NCBI GenBank assembly: GCA_977017645.1
Contig: OZ360220.1
Location: 222,332,001-222,396,000, forward strand
Direction of reading: 5' to 3'
Source: Torpedo marmorata
Lineage: Eukaryota
DNA length: 64,000 bases
Shown: positions 1-13,041 of the stretch, piece by piece
How the letters are laid out: every line of letters begins with the position of its first letter
Numbering within the stretch: position 1 is the first letter of the stretch
Notes under the pieces: generated by a model
Seen by the model: the letters and a program-made list of their open reading frames with translations, nothing else
Told to the model about the DNA's origin: nothing
Databases searched by the model: none
Translations under genes and position numbers: made by a program

Positions 1-173
1 GCCAAGCTACAATTGACCTGTTGAGACCTGCAGGACTGTCCCGGAACTGGGGGTGGGGGCAGTGGCTCAAGGCCTTTATTCAAGGGGGAAGGGGGAGGAG
101 CCACCGGGACAGACAGCAGCGCATGCTCAGACTTGTCCTCAGCCCATAGTATATACAATAGTGGTTTACCACA
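1..173 (-). mobile_element. Probable start of a Gypsy-type LTR, truncated by the window edge
   Basis: The minus strand begins TGTGGTAAACC at 173, a typical TG LTR start, and has AATAAA (plus strand TTTATT at about 75). There is no partner LTR in the window. Confidence 0.4.
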
Positions 174-189
174 AGTATATAGTCTATAT

Positions 190-337
190 CAGTGGTTCTC
201 AACCTTTTTTTCCACTCACATACCACCTTAAGTAATCCCTTATGATCCACAGAGCATCTATGCCATAGGTGCTCTGTGGTTAGTAAGGGATTACTTAAGG
301 TGGTATGTGAGTGGAAAAACAAGTTTGAGAACCACTG
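190..337. mobile_element. hAT/Charlie-type palindromic MITE
   Basis: TIRs CAGTGGTTCTCAA...TTGAGAACCACTG, and the whole element is nearly palindromic. The 8-bp TSD is GTCTATAT/GTCTATCT (182-189, 338-345) with the central TA typical of Charlie targets. Confidence 0.9.
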
Positions 338-619
338 GTCTATCTGTTAATCCTTTTCTCTCCCCCATCCAATTACATCCTCAAAATACAGAATTAAGTT
401 TATTTAATGTAACTTTCCTTTCATAAAATTATGTTGACTGTTTCATCATGTTCTGACTTTCTTTATAACCTATTACCATATTCTTAATGGTGAAATTAAA
501 CATTTGACAAGAGTTACGAATCATACTGGTCATCCCTATTTTTTCATTTCCTAATACAATCTTACAACTTTTTTCTTTAAAGATCGCCCCTCTGCCTCCT
601 ACGTTCCAGGTGAAACAGT

Positions 620-1200
620 GCTTACCTTTCCAGTCTCTCCTTATAATTCAAGCTCTCCAGTCCTGACAACCTACTTGTGAATCTTTGCTGCGCCCTTTCC
701 ACTTTAACCATGTCTTTCCTGTGATGTAGTGACCAGAACTACACACAATGCTCCAAGTGCAATCTCACAATGAATTGGACAGCTGAAACATGGCATCCCA
801 ACTTCTGCACTCAGTGCCCTGACCAATGAAGGCAAGCATGCAATATGCCTTCTTTGTCACCCTATTTACCTGTGTGGTCACTTTCAGGGAACTTTGTACT
901 TGTACGCAAAAACACACCCCAGGATCCAGTAATTCACTGCGTATATTTTGCCTTGGTTTTACTTGTCTGTGTTAAATTCCATCTGCCAATTTTTTGCCCA
1001 TTTTCCCAGTTGATCTAAATCCTGTTGTATCCTTAGACAGCCTCTGACACCACCAATTTTGGAGTTATCCTCAAACTTACTAAAATCATGTCACCCTTAT
1101 TCTCATCCAAATCATTGATATATATGACATATAACAGGACCCAGCACGAATCCTTGTGGCACGCCACTGGTTACAGGCCTTCAATCTGAAAAACAACCTG
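620..1200 (-). mobile_element. Decayed CR1 LINE RT fragment
   Basis: The minus strand reads HLEHCV-FWS (plus strand GACCAGAACTACACACAATGCTCCAAGTG) and a GVPQG-VLG-like motif near 1140-1165. It is heavily disrupted. Confidence 0.7.
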
Positions 1201-1364
1201 CCACGAATGAAGGCTCAATGCTAGCTACCCTCCTGCCTTTTGGTACCCATGGCTAAAAGTGATGCAAAAATCTCTGCCTATGCCCTGGTCATTTTTTTCT
1301 GAGCTTCCCAAAACATTCCCTCCATTCCATCACATATTGTCCAGAAATCCATCTTGGAAGCATA

Positions 1365-4348
1365 TGTTGTGTGTGTGAAACCAGTTCGATTGGTCCCAAG
1401 GGTAACAAGTCTGAACGCAGCTGATTGAACAGTAGTTTTTATTTACACGTGTAGGGAAGTTGCAACAGGGGTAAAAGACACACACATACGCACACTCGCC
1501 GGATTAAACGATACACTCGCAACCACTCACGGATAGAAGACTTTACAATCAAGTTACAACATACGATACCTGCCACCCCTTGATATCCCTGGCAGGCATG
1601 GCTCTTATCTAACTAAACTAGGGACGCTAGGCACACAGTACTATAGCTCCCAACCCTTTGTCTGCGCACACCTTACCAACGATCCTCCAGCGTTTCCCAC
1701 TGTTCCCAACCTGGAGTGGAGCTCAGGTTCGTCCCAGAAGAGAAAGAGCGATGGCTCACATGTGGTGGGTTTCATAGTGCCATCAGCTGCAGAGTCCAGC
1801 CCAGGTATCGATGAGGCAATTAAAGGGGCCTATGACCAGGTGTGCGTCGACCTGTGGGCAAGGTTTGACCTTGATTGACAGGTGAGGTGACTTCCGATCA
1901 GGTTTCAAATGGAGAGGTCACATTACCCTCCACAATCTACATTCCCACCAGGTTCCAGACAGAGAGGCCACATGACCCTTCACAATCCACACTACATTCC
2001 AACCCTTTGGAAGTCATCACAAAATGCCAATCCGTTTACAGGCTTGTACCCCGCAAAAGTATCTACATGACACGCAGCCCATACCCACTGATGGCCCATC
2101 AACTTCTCCCCAGCCCCACAGGTCCACCAGCTTCTCCAGGGGGTATTTTGCTCAAGGGACTGGTCCCTGGCTCGTTTAATTTGTTCACCGACTCTCATGT
2201 GTGGCAAGTGAGTGGTATTCCCCGACTGGCCCTGAATGCAAGTGCAGCGCATCTTACTGACAACAGCACCGGTACCACCTCCGTCTGCGAGCAGGTATCC
2301 AAAGCCACCCTGACTCCGCCTTATGCTGAAGTGCCAGAGCCATCGCATTGGCCAGCGTCTCCACCACAGCGGCCATTCGTCTGGGTGCTCCTTCAGATTT
2401 AAGAGGCATATGGTGGCACGCATCCCAGATAGCAGGCGCCGTACCGTCCCATGGGTAACCAGGGGTCGGCCCGGCAGCCACGCATCCAGGATGTACGATT
2501 TAGCCCCCAGGGAGCATCCACCTTTGCTGGCCTGTCAGCTGCGGACCCTCTCGTGCCTGGATACTGTTCCTGCTCCCACCGATTGCTCAGACTAGTGCTG
2601 GTTGTAAAATCTGCACAAGCATTCCCAAGACCTGCTCACAGTTTGAGGACTCACTGCAAGTCAGGACTTTGTATTGGCCAGATTGTGCACAGGGAAAGAC
2701 CCACCCTTGAGCCACCCACCACCGAGGGTTGCCGGGTGTGTGGCTGATACTGGTGTGGGGCAAAGTTGACTGGCGATCATTACCTCCCCTCCCCAAAACA
2801 GGAATATTAAAACCCGTGGAGCCAGACAGTTTCCCCCCACCCCCCCAGAGTTTCTGTTTTCAGTGTCGGCGGGGATCAGTGTTTGCGACAGTCCTTCGGT
2901 AGCGATCAAGTTGTTGGCTCTGTCGGCATATTCATCAGCCACGCGTCCAATCACCACTCAGTGCCGCCTTCGCCGCTTCCAGCGCCCGCAGATGAGTCAT
3001 CCTGTGAATGAAGGAAACTCACTCTCTCCGGGTTAGTCTGTGTGTGTGTGTGTGTGTAGACAAGTCATTCCCATTCTGTAGGGTCGATGGGGTACCATCA
3101 TGGCGGGGCTGCGACCGCGTGGTCACTGGCTTGGCCTGCAGGGGTTTGGGTGCGAAGGGGGGAGGATGCACAGGGAAGGTTTCATCCTTCTCACTCTCGT
3201 CACTGCCCATCCACATGTCCCCCTCCCCCAACCACGTGTTGAATGCGTCCCCTCGCCGGACAATGGCCCAGATCTTAACCGGGTCTATCTGCCAGCTAGA
3301 GCGGTGTGCTGTGTACAGCTGCTGCATTTTAAGCAGCTTTCAGGCCACCGCTGTCCCTCTCACCTCGAGATCGGTGGCTTGGGCTTGGGCAGCCTGTGCT
3401 GCTTCCTGCAGTGCACAGCAGCGCTGCTGGAGAGCCTCTATCTCCTTATTTTTCTGGGCATTCTCCAAATCTTTCCTTTCTATGATCTCACACTGTTTTC
3501 TCAGGAGAGATGCTAGCAGCAAAAGGCATCCCTCTGACTCCCCTTAGCTTTTGGGAACCACGACATCTTGAGGAGGGACACCATTTTCCCTGCATGTGGG
3601 TCCAGGTACTTGGACCAGTTTACTGGTTTGCCATGGTCCGCCAGCCTGCTTGCCAAGCTCCCAAACCCTGCACTATCGTCGGTCCACCTGGGGATCCTAT
3701 CCTCGCTGCCTGCACTAGCTCTCCTGCCCTGATTCCAAAATATCTCCCCTGCAGCTGTATTCAGTTGAAACTCTAAGGAACCTGCTCACAGCACCAATTG
3801 TTGTATGTGTAAACCCAAGGGTAATGAGGGGTGTAGGGGAGTCACAACAGGGGTGAAAGACACACACATATGCACACTTGAAACCACTCGTGGGTAGAAG
3901 GCTTTACAATCAAGTTACAACACATGATACCCGGCATCCCTTGATATCCCTGGCAGGCATATCTAACTAAACTAGGAACACTAGGCACACAGTACTACAG
4001 CTCCCTACCCTTTGTCTGCACATACCTTACCAGCGATCCTCTAGCATTGCCCACAGTTCCTGGAGTGGAGCTCGGGTTTATCCCAGAAGATGAAAGAGAG
4101 GGATGGCTCTCATGTGGTGGCCTTTATAGTGCCATCAGTTGGAGAGTCCGGCCCAGGTATCGATGAGGCAATTAATGGGGCCAATGACCAGGTGTGTGCC
4201 AACCTGTGGGAAAGGCTTGACCTTGATTGGCAGGAGGGGTGACTTCCGATCAGGTTCCAAATGGAGAAGTCACATTATCCTCCACAATCTACACTCCCAC
4301 CAGGTTCCAGATGGAGAGGTCACATGACCCTCCACAATCCACACTACA
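1365..4348 (-). mobile_element. Non-autonomous LTR retroelement: two LTRs and a 1.8-kb internal region without recognisable pol
   Basis: Direct repeats 1365-1996 and 3799-4348, both TG...CA, with a perfect 5-bp TSD GCATA (1360-1364, 4349-4353). On the minus strand the PBS-like TGGTGCTGTGAGCAGG follows the 5' LTR and the PPT AAAGGGTTGGAA precedes the 3' LTR. Confidence 0.92.
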
Positions 4349-6553
4349 GCATACTACCAACTCATTCTCCAATCTACTTGTGCCAATTTGTTTCGCCCAA
4401 TTTTTCTTGTATTGCCTTTGACAGCATTTTTCTTATCTCTTGATTAATTTTCTCTCCAATTCGCTTGCTTCTATTATGCCATGTTTAAACTGCATAGCCA
4501 GTGACTTATTATATTTATCCAGAATGGTTCAATGGCCTGCTCTTCTGGGTCAAGATTACTCCTCATACTTAGCTGTATGATCTTTATCCCATCCTGTAAT
4601 ATCAAGGGTAATGAATCCATCATCCCTCTGTCCCTCTCTTCCAGTTTATCTCTTCTCTCCAAACGTTAAGTACCTTAGAATAATATTTCTCAATCTTGTC
4701 AGTGGTAACATTTAGTAATTTTGTCTAAAATGTATTTATTTAGTTTGTTATAAATTCTTCAAGTATCGGATACAATTTAATTTCTGCCTTCCACAATTTT
4801 ACCTCGAATGGACATTGTTCACAGATGCACTAAATACAGATAGTCTCCTTGCTCTGTGGCTTCTTTCTTTTCCTTTAAATCTGTAACCTTTCTCTCAATT
4901 AGAACCTGCCTCAGCCTCCCTATCTCCTTCGCTCTCCCCACCCCTCCACATACACACATGCCCACATACATATTCCATATATCTCTTTATTGGTTTAAAG
5001 CCATGTCATTACATTGAATAACTGGACCCAGCCCATTTTAAGAGATCCTTCCCAGGAGAATCGTTTTCCCTTACCCCAGTACTGATGCTAGAATCCCATA
5101 AATCAAAATCCCTTCTTCCCTCACCTTTTCAGCTCACTGATACCTTTGAATGCAAAAAAAAAAATGCTTTTTGTCCACATGAGTTAAATTTGAAATTTTA
5201 CTGCTACAAAAACACTGCTGTGAAATTACATGTAAATTAGTCATTTAAAATTATGATAAATTATGATAGATTATTTAAAGATAATGTGTATCTTATCTAA
5301 GAAACACAGCTAGGGAACATCATTTGTCACTGTATCAAAGAACAACATTTTACCTGAGGGATTCAATGCAAAGCTTGTGAGCTTTCTTCAGTTTAGAACA
5401 TATACCTCTGTGTCAGCTCCCTTGTATTTCTGCTTGTGTTGAAGAATTAGTTTAATTGTGCATTAATATCCATGGCCTCAGGCATTATAAATTAGAATAA
5501 ATTATCATTTTATTTCTACTTTACAAGTACTCTATACCCTGAGAAGATCACACACACACTGATTCTCTAACAGGTGTCTTTGTTCATGAACCTAAATGGT
5601 GAATGCTGGCATAGCATCAATCCAAATCCTAACCTTCTCCTCTGATGTCCATGAAGGTGCATTTTCTGGTATGAATTGTTTGATAACGGTAAGGAACAAG
5701 AAATCTGTTTAAATTAATCTCCTTTTATTCCTTGGTTTGAGAAACCAAACTAAAATCTCCACCTTTGTTCCATTTGGGATGAGCTGACTTATCAGTATTC
5801 AGGACTCAAACCTGGCATCTTCCTTACTAGCATAGGTCAGTACAAAAGCAATTGATATATTTATCCACTGAACTATCAAGTAGCTTTCAGACCATTTGAA
5901 ATGACATTGGTTTGCATTAACCTACAGGCAGCTTTCACTGCCAGTCACCTTGTTACTGTTGGAAGGAGCGAGTGTCATTTATGAGGAGGAGCAAAAATTC
6001 TTGGCCAGATACTTTCCAATCAAGCCTGTGATTGGGAATGATCTTGAATTAATTTATTAACATTGTGTGATTTTAGATATATGGAACAGCAAGTTCTTAA
6101 CAATGAGCTTGACATAGGGAACTCACCAGGTTGAAAGCCAAAAGCTTGTAGGTAAATTTTAAGAAAACTGTTTACAAGGGTTGACAGCTAAAGTTAAAGT
6201 TTAATGTGCACTTCTGGAGATAAGAATATTAGGAGAATTATGTAGTGAGATTACAGGGAACAGCTTGATGAGGGAGTTTAATTACCCAATGTAAACTGGA
6301 TGAAATAGAGCTAAGGGCAGAGAGGGAGCAGTGTTTCAAAAATGTGTGCAGGATAAATTTCTGGAGGAGTTTCTTATTCTATTATTGAAGGAGGCATTGC
6401 TGGATCTGGTTCTAGGGAATGAGGCGGGTCTAGTTTTTACAGTGAAACATTTAGGAGATACTGATCAAAATGTCTAGATTAGCTAGAGTAAAAGGTGAAA
6501 TAAAAATTCAAGTAAAATTAATTAATTAGAAGGCCAAATCCAATAGAAGGAGA

Positions 6554-7358
6554 AGTAATTCACGAAAATCTGTAGACATGAAGTAAAAACACAAAATGCT
6601 GGAGAAGCTCAGCAGGTCAAACAGTGTCCTTTATGTAGCAAAGGTAAAGATACATAACCAACGTTTTGGGCTTGAGCCCTTCATCAAAGTATGAGAAAAT
6701 GCTGGCATGCGTCCGAACAAAAGAGTTTGGGGGGGCGTGGGGAAGGGGGTGGCAAAGGCAGGAGATGATAGGTGGAGAAATCCAGAGAACTTATTTACTG
6801 CATCCGGTGCTCCCTTTGTGGCATTCTCTACATCGGATAGACCGGAGGTAGATTGGGAGATCGCTTCGCTGAGCACCTCCTCTCCGTCTGCAACCACAGC
6901 GACCTCCCAGTTCCGAGTCACACTCCCACACTCACATCTCTGTCCATGGCCTTATGTACTATCCCACCCAGACCACCCGCATATTGGAGGAACAACACCT
7001 TATTTTCCATCTGGGCACTCTCCAGCCAGATGGCATTAACATTGACTTTTCTGCTTCCACTAAACCTGCTTGCCTTTTCTTTCCCCTTCCCCCTTCCCTG
7101 CCCTTCCAGTTCTTCCACCCACCCAACCATCCCTCCTCCCCCTCTTTGCTGCTGTCCCCTCCCTCCTTTCTCCACCTATCATCTCCTGCCTTTGCCACCC
7201 CCCTTCCCCCCCCCACTCTTTTGTTCGGACGCCTGCCGGCATTTTCTCATACTTTGATGAAGGGCTCAAGCCCGAAACGTCGGTTATGTATCTTTACCTT
7301 TGCTACATAAAGGACACTGTTTGACCTGCTGAGCTTCTCCAGCATTTTGTGTTTTTAC
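6554..7358. mobile_element. Truncated Penelope-like element with inverted terminal arms
   Basis: GIY-YIG C-terminal remnant (LGDRFAEHL..., LEEQHLIFHLGTLQPDGINIDFS). 6580-6783 is the reverse complement of ~7180-7358. The approximately 15-bp TSD is TCCAATAGAAGGAGA/TCCAGTGGAAGGAGA (6539-6553, 7359-7373). Confidence 0.88.
7245..7290 (+). ncRNA. Minimal hammerhead-ribozyme-like motif in the Penelope pseudo-LTR (other copies at ~6650-6695 -, ~50100-50145 -, ~52515-52560 +)
   Basis: TTGATGA-A-GGGC(TCAA)GCCC-GAAA-C-GTC: core boxes, helix II and a GUC cleavage triplet with a very short helix III. The first core base is T rather than the canonical C. Penelope-associated hammerheads are an established phenomenon. 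Confidence 0.6.
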
Positions 7359-7555
7359 TCCAGTGGAAGGAGAGTTGATCTAGTCCAAGTAAACTGGATC
7401 CAAATGTTGACAGACAAAGCTGTAGCAAATTAATGAGCTGCTTTTAAGGAAGAGATGGTTCAGGTACAGGCAGGGCACATTTCCATGAGGAGCAAAGGAA
7501 GAACAAAGAAATCCAGACATCCCTGGAAGAAAATAAAGGAAATCTAGACATCTCT

Positions 7556-8283
7556 GAATCAGAATTTTAGAATCAGAATCAGAATCAGAATCAGAATTTA
7601 TTGTCATGATCAAGTCATGAAATTCGGTGTTTTGCGGCAGCATCATAGTGTAAACATTCATATTATAACCATCTTACGACATTACTATAAAAAAATATAA
7701 ATAATAGTGCACGAAAAGTAAGGCAGTGTTTTTGGTTCATTGATTATTCAGGAATCTGATGGCAGCGGGGAAGAAGCTGTCCTTGTGCCGTTGAGTGCTC
7801 GTCTTTAGGCTCCTGTACCTTTTTCCCAATGGTAGCAGAGTGAAGAGGGCATGGCCTGGGTGGTGAGAGTCTTTGAGGATAGAGGCTGCTTTTTTAAGAC
7901 ACCGCCTCATGTAGATGTCCTCGATGGAGTGAAGTCTGGTGCCTGTGATGTCACAGGCCGAGTTAACAACCCTCTGGAGTTTACTCTTGTCCTGAGAGTT
8001 GGTGCCTCCATATCAGGCAGTGATGCAACCAGCCAGAATGCTCTCCACGGTACACCTGTAGAAGTTTACGAGAGTCTTCGGTGACATACCGAATTTCCTC
8101 AGACACCTCACAAAGTATAGCCGCTGGCGAGCCTTCTTTGTGATTGCATCAACGTGGAGGCTCCAGGACAGATCCTCGGAGTTGTTGACACCCAGGAATT
8201 TGAAGTTCTTGACCCTCTCCACTACTGAGCCCTCATGAGGACTGGGTCGTGTTCCCCTGACTTCCTCCTGAAGTCCACAATCA
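7556..8283 (-). mobile_element. 5'-truncated Rex1/Babar-type LINE 3' end
   Basis: ORF 8013-8303 reads FKFLGV..SEDLSWS.H...KKARQRLYF.R.LRKF....LVNFYRCTVESIL. The 3' end is GACAATAAA followed by a (TTCTGA)n tail. Confidence 0.85.
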
Positions 8284-9227
8284 TACAGAAGAAGATAAAG
8301 CAAAACAAATGATTCTCATGACAACTATCAGATTGTAAGTACTAGCAAGAACCAATATAATCATATAAGAATCAGAGGGGAAGTGATAGCTATAATATAA
8401 AGGGACAAAGAGATTAGCTGTGAATATAAATGGACTCCAAGAAATATTCTATAGATTTAGTTACAGGGTAGTACATAGAGGAGCCAAGCCAATTTAAGCC
8501 AACAACAGGCATGTTAATGCTGAGACCAGTGTTAAGGTACTAAATGAGTGCTTTACCTCTGTATTCACCAGGGAAAAGTATGCTTCCAAAGTAATAGTGA
8601 AGGCATAGTTAACTGAACTTAAAATAGGCAAGTCACAAGGACTGCAGGAAATGCTTCCTCAGATTCTGAGGGTCGTATGGAAGTGAATTAAGGAGGTACT
8701 GATCATTTTCATTCAACGCTCTTTAGATATGGGATGATACCAGAGGATCTGGAAACTATAAATGTTACTCTCTTGATCAAAAAAGAGAAGGATAAGTCTG
8801 GCTATTACAGACCAATCAGTTTAACCTTAGTGTTTGGAAAGCTTTTGGAAACACCGATTCAGGATTAAATTTTTACATTTAAATTTAAACTTGGAAGCCA
8901 AATGTAGTAACCTCATTAGTAAGTCATTAACCTCATTGTTGTATGTAAATGGTCTGTTGCATATTTAGTACCCAAGGAATGTCCACTATAACCATATACG
9001 GTAAAATGGAAGTTCTGTACGACTGTGACTGAACCGCCTTGGAATGTGACTGGACCATTGCTTGGACCATGTGCTATGTGAATAAACCACTTGATCTAAC
9101 TCTATCAAGTCATGTGTGCCTTGTCTCTGTTCGTTTGACGGTGTACGTTAACTACTAGAACTTCTGACTATACTCAGAAGTTCTCCAAAACACGAAATGG
9201 GCGACGAGGACTTTTAAAGTACCCACG

Positions 9228-10769
9228 ATGGAAGTTTTCGGTAATGTTGGTGCTTTTGATGAGGCTGTGGAGTCTTTTGAGAACTATGCTGATCGCATGG
9301 ATGCCTTTTTCAATGCCAATACCATTGCTGAGGGCAAGAAAACGAGTTTATTTCTTGCAAGTGTGGGACCGGCAGCATACATGTTGCTGAAAAATCTCTG
9401 CAGTCCGGATCAGCCCAGCAGAAAGGAATATGCAGACTGGAAGAAGCAGCTTACTGAACATTTTAAGCCGGCACCTATCGTCATTGCAGAGAGGCATAAG
9501 TTTTGGATGGCACAACAGGGAGAGAGAAAGTCCGTGGCAGACTTTGTCGTCAGACTGAAACATTTGGCTTCAACTTGTTCCTTTGGATCCTTTTTGAAGG
9601 AGGCACTCCGAGACAGACTTGTTTCGGGACTACATCCCAAAATGTCCCATACTCAGCGACATCTTCTTTCGGTTCGGGAGTTGACGTTTGCCGACGCAAG
9701 GGCTAAAGGCATCGCTGATGAGATGGCGGGGGCGGCAAACCAGGACTACATGGGGAAAGCGGCCAGCAACGGAGATGCACGTCAGCTAGGGCAGGTGAGG
9801 AAGAAGCAGACATCAAAATTTCCTTCTAACTCATTCAACAAGGGGATGCAGTGCAAGTGCTGTGGAGGAAAACATCGGGCTGACACCTGCCGATTCAAAG
9901 ATGCTACATGCCACAGATGCAAGAAGCGAGGACATATTCACTCGGTGTATTTCCACTCAAAGCATGGCCACGAGAAGATAAAATTTGTTGAAACTGATTC
10001 CGACGATGACTCTAAGACTGAGAGTGTACAAATGGATAAGGTATTTGGTTTGTTTCAGCTTGAGGGTGAGAGCTACCGTACATTTGTACCGTATAAGGTT
10101 AACGTAAATGTAGGAAATGCGTGTATTGAGATGGAAGTAGATACAGGAGCTTCCCGTTCAACCCTGTCTGACTTGGTGTACTATGCAAAATTGTCAGAGT
10201 TTCTAATAGAGGAAACAAATATCATTCTTAGGAGCTACTGTGGGGAGATAGTACCACTCCTTGGTAAGATAACTGTCCCAGTGTGGTATGAAAATTGTGA
10301 AACATTCATGCTTGAATTGTTGATTGTGAAAGGAAATCATCCAGTTCTCTTTGGGAGAGACTGGCTTACCAAAATCAGATTGAATTGGGAGAACATTTTG
10401 GTGCTTAGGAATCGGGGTAATGAGACCAAATCTCAGCCCAAGCCAACCCCTAAATCACACCATAAACGGGTGGCCACATCTTCTGCCCAGTCTAAGTTAG
10501 ACTCAGTTCTAAGAAAGCATGAAAGATTGTTTGGGAAGGAAGGATCGGGCATAAAAGGGTTTACTGCTTCAATTAAACACAAGCCAGGTGCAAAACCAAC
10601 GTTTCAGAAAGCGCGACCCGTGTCCTATGCACTGGTGGAAACCGTAAATAAAGAGTATGAGCGGCTCATAAATGAGGACATACTGACCCCTGTTGCACAT
10701 AGTGAGTGGGCCTCGTCCACAGTTCACGTTCCCAAGTCTCAAGGGAATATTCGCGTGTGCGGCGATTAA
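9228..10769 (+). pseudogene. Gypsy gag-protease ORF running into RT, ended by a premature stop
   Basis: 513 aa with LRDRLVSG, two CCHC-like knuckles (CKCCGGKH..., CHRCKKRGH), protease EVDTGAS and LFGRDWL, and the RT start IRVCGD* where GDYK is expected. Confidence 0.9.
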
Positions 10770-10775
10770 AAGCGC

Positions 10776-12239
10776 ATGAATGAGGTCATCGAGGATGATG
10801 GCTACAAACTGCCCAATGCTCAAGATTTGTTCGCGAAACTTGCACAAGATGGTACTACGCCGAAAGTGTATTCGGTCATTGACCTAGCTGGTGCATTTAA
10901 CCAGCTCCTTCTCGATGAGGAGTTGGCTGAACTCCTCGTGCTCAACACTCACAAAGGCTTGCTTGCACCCAAACGCTTGTGATTTGGAGTGAAAACCGCG
11001 CCAGTCTTGTTCCAAGCGACTATGGACAAGATTTTGTCAGGAATGGAGCATGTTTTTTGCTACGTCAATGACATTTTGATCGCGACCCATACCTACTGCC
11101 AGCACATGAAGGTACCAGCAGAACTTTTTGCCCGGCTGGACAAAAATAATGTGCGACTCAATCGTGAGAAGTGCCAATTTCTGAAGCTGACTATCTCAGA
11201 CACATTCTCACTGCTGATGTCATTAAGCCAGTGCAGGACAAAGTAGAGGCGATCAAAAATGCGCGAAGACCAGAGAATGTCTCTGAACTGAAATCTTTCC
11301 TCAGGATGATAAATTACTATGGGAAATCTGAGCTCAAAACTACACCCGCTCTATGCGCTGCTGCAACACTCCGCAGAGTGGAAATGGTGCACAAAATGCG
11401 AAGAAGCATTTGAGTATGCGAAAAACATGTTCGCTAGTGACCACGTTCGAGTCCATTAAGATTCATTGAAACCATTAGTCTTGAGTGTGGATGCAAGTCC
11501 CTATGGACTAGGGGCTGTCCTAAGTCACAAACTGGATGACGGCTCAGAAAAGCCAATTGCATATGCATCAAGAACGCTGAGCGCTTCTGAGAAAAACTAT
11601 GCGCAAATATACAAGGAAGGCTTGGCGATTGTGTTCAGCGTGCGGAAGTTTCACCTCTACCTTTATCGTAGAAATTTCACTCTCGTTACAGACCATCAGC
11701 CTCTTAAAAACATTTTCGGTCCGAAATCGGGGATTCCCCCTCTGGTTTTGCTCCTCTCTGGCTATCGATATCAGATGCAAATGCAGACCTATTGAGTAGG
11801 TTACCCCTGACTACTGCTACTCCTCATCCATATGAGGTGTTCGCGCATCAAACTACTGTAGATAAGCTACCAGTAACTGCGCAGCAAATTGCAGATCGAA
11901 CGAGAAAATATCATGTGCTTGAAAAGATGTATGAACTCACCCTGTCGGGATGGGCAAATCATAGTGAGGATGCATCGCTGTAACCATATTTCACGCGTCG
12001 ACGCGAGCTGTCCTTGGAAGATGGATGCATTCTATGGGGTAGACGAGTTGTCATCCCAGAGGTGCAACGCCAGCACATACTCAAGGAATTACATGAATGT
12101 CACCCTGGCATGAGCCGAATGAAGGCTCTTGCACGATCATTCATTTGGTGGTCTGGTATCGACCAGGATATCAAAGACACAGTTCACACTTGTTCTACGT
12201 GTGTTGAAGCTCATAACTCACGTAAACAAGTACCATTGC
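10776..12239 (+). pseudogene. Gypsy pol remnant (RT, RNase H, integrase zinc finger)
   Basis: Fragments [50 protein letters not shown] and ELHECHPG...C..C, with several stops and frameshifts. Confidence 0.9.
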
Positions 12240-13041
12240 GTAGGATGGAGACGTGAAAATACACCTCTCCCTACAGAACTAATTAAAACCTGAAAAAAAA
12301 AACTTATTTAGTTATGAAAAAAAAGTTAAGATTGTTTATTAACGATTGACTAATATCCACTAGTAAAGGGAAGGAGCAAAAGTTAAAGAAAACAGTGTTT
12401 AAAGAAAGTTTAATTCAAGAGGAAGATCGGCCTACCTTAGCGATGGAGCCTCGGGATCAGGTTCCTCTCCCCCCCAGGAAGATGCAGACAAGGACGGTGA
12501 AGGTAATTGCAGCACCAGTGCCGTCCTCCCGGGGAGCTGGGGAAGATGGCGCTGGTGCTCGAAGAAAGACTAAGGAACTACAACTTCAGACGGAACGACT
12601 GCGCATGCGCGAAACGACGCGCATGCGCGATAAAGAACGGGAACTGTCAGCTAAGGCTGACAGCAGAGGAAATGTTTTTCACCTATATCGTTATGAAGCT
12701 GGACAAGAACTATCATCATCAACCGAGTCAGAAGATAAAAGAAGAGAGGAAGAAATATATGAAGTATTGGAAGGAGGGATACAAGAGATGGAGGGAGAGG
12801 AGCAAGAAGAAATAAGTGGAGAAGAGGAGGCTCAAATACTTCAAGGTAAACAAGAATTATCAGTGACTTTTATTCAAGCTATGGATAAAATAGCAAACCA
12901 AATGTCAATATTGAATCAACGTATGCAACATGGATTTAATGAAGTTAAGGAAGAAATGAAAGATATTAAACAAGATATGAAAAAAATATACAAATATTGT
13001 GGACAAAGTAACATTGAAGGTCCAAAAAATTGAAGAGGATG

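Noticed and set aside
8013-8303. Host gene similarity (ALKBH8 N-terminal-like domain)
   Set aside because: This motif is the C-terminal region of Rex1/Babar-type RT and recurs in several LINE fragments in this window.
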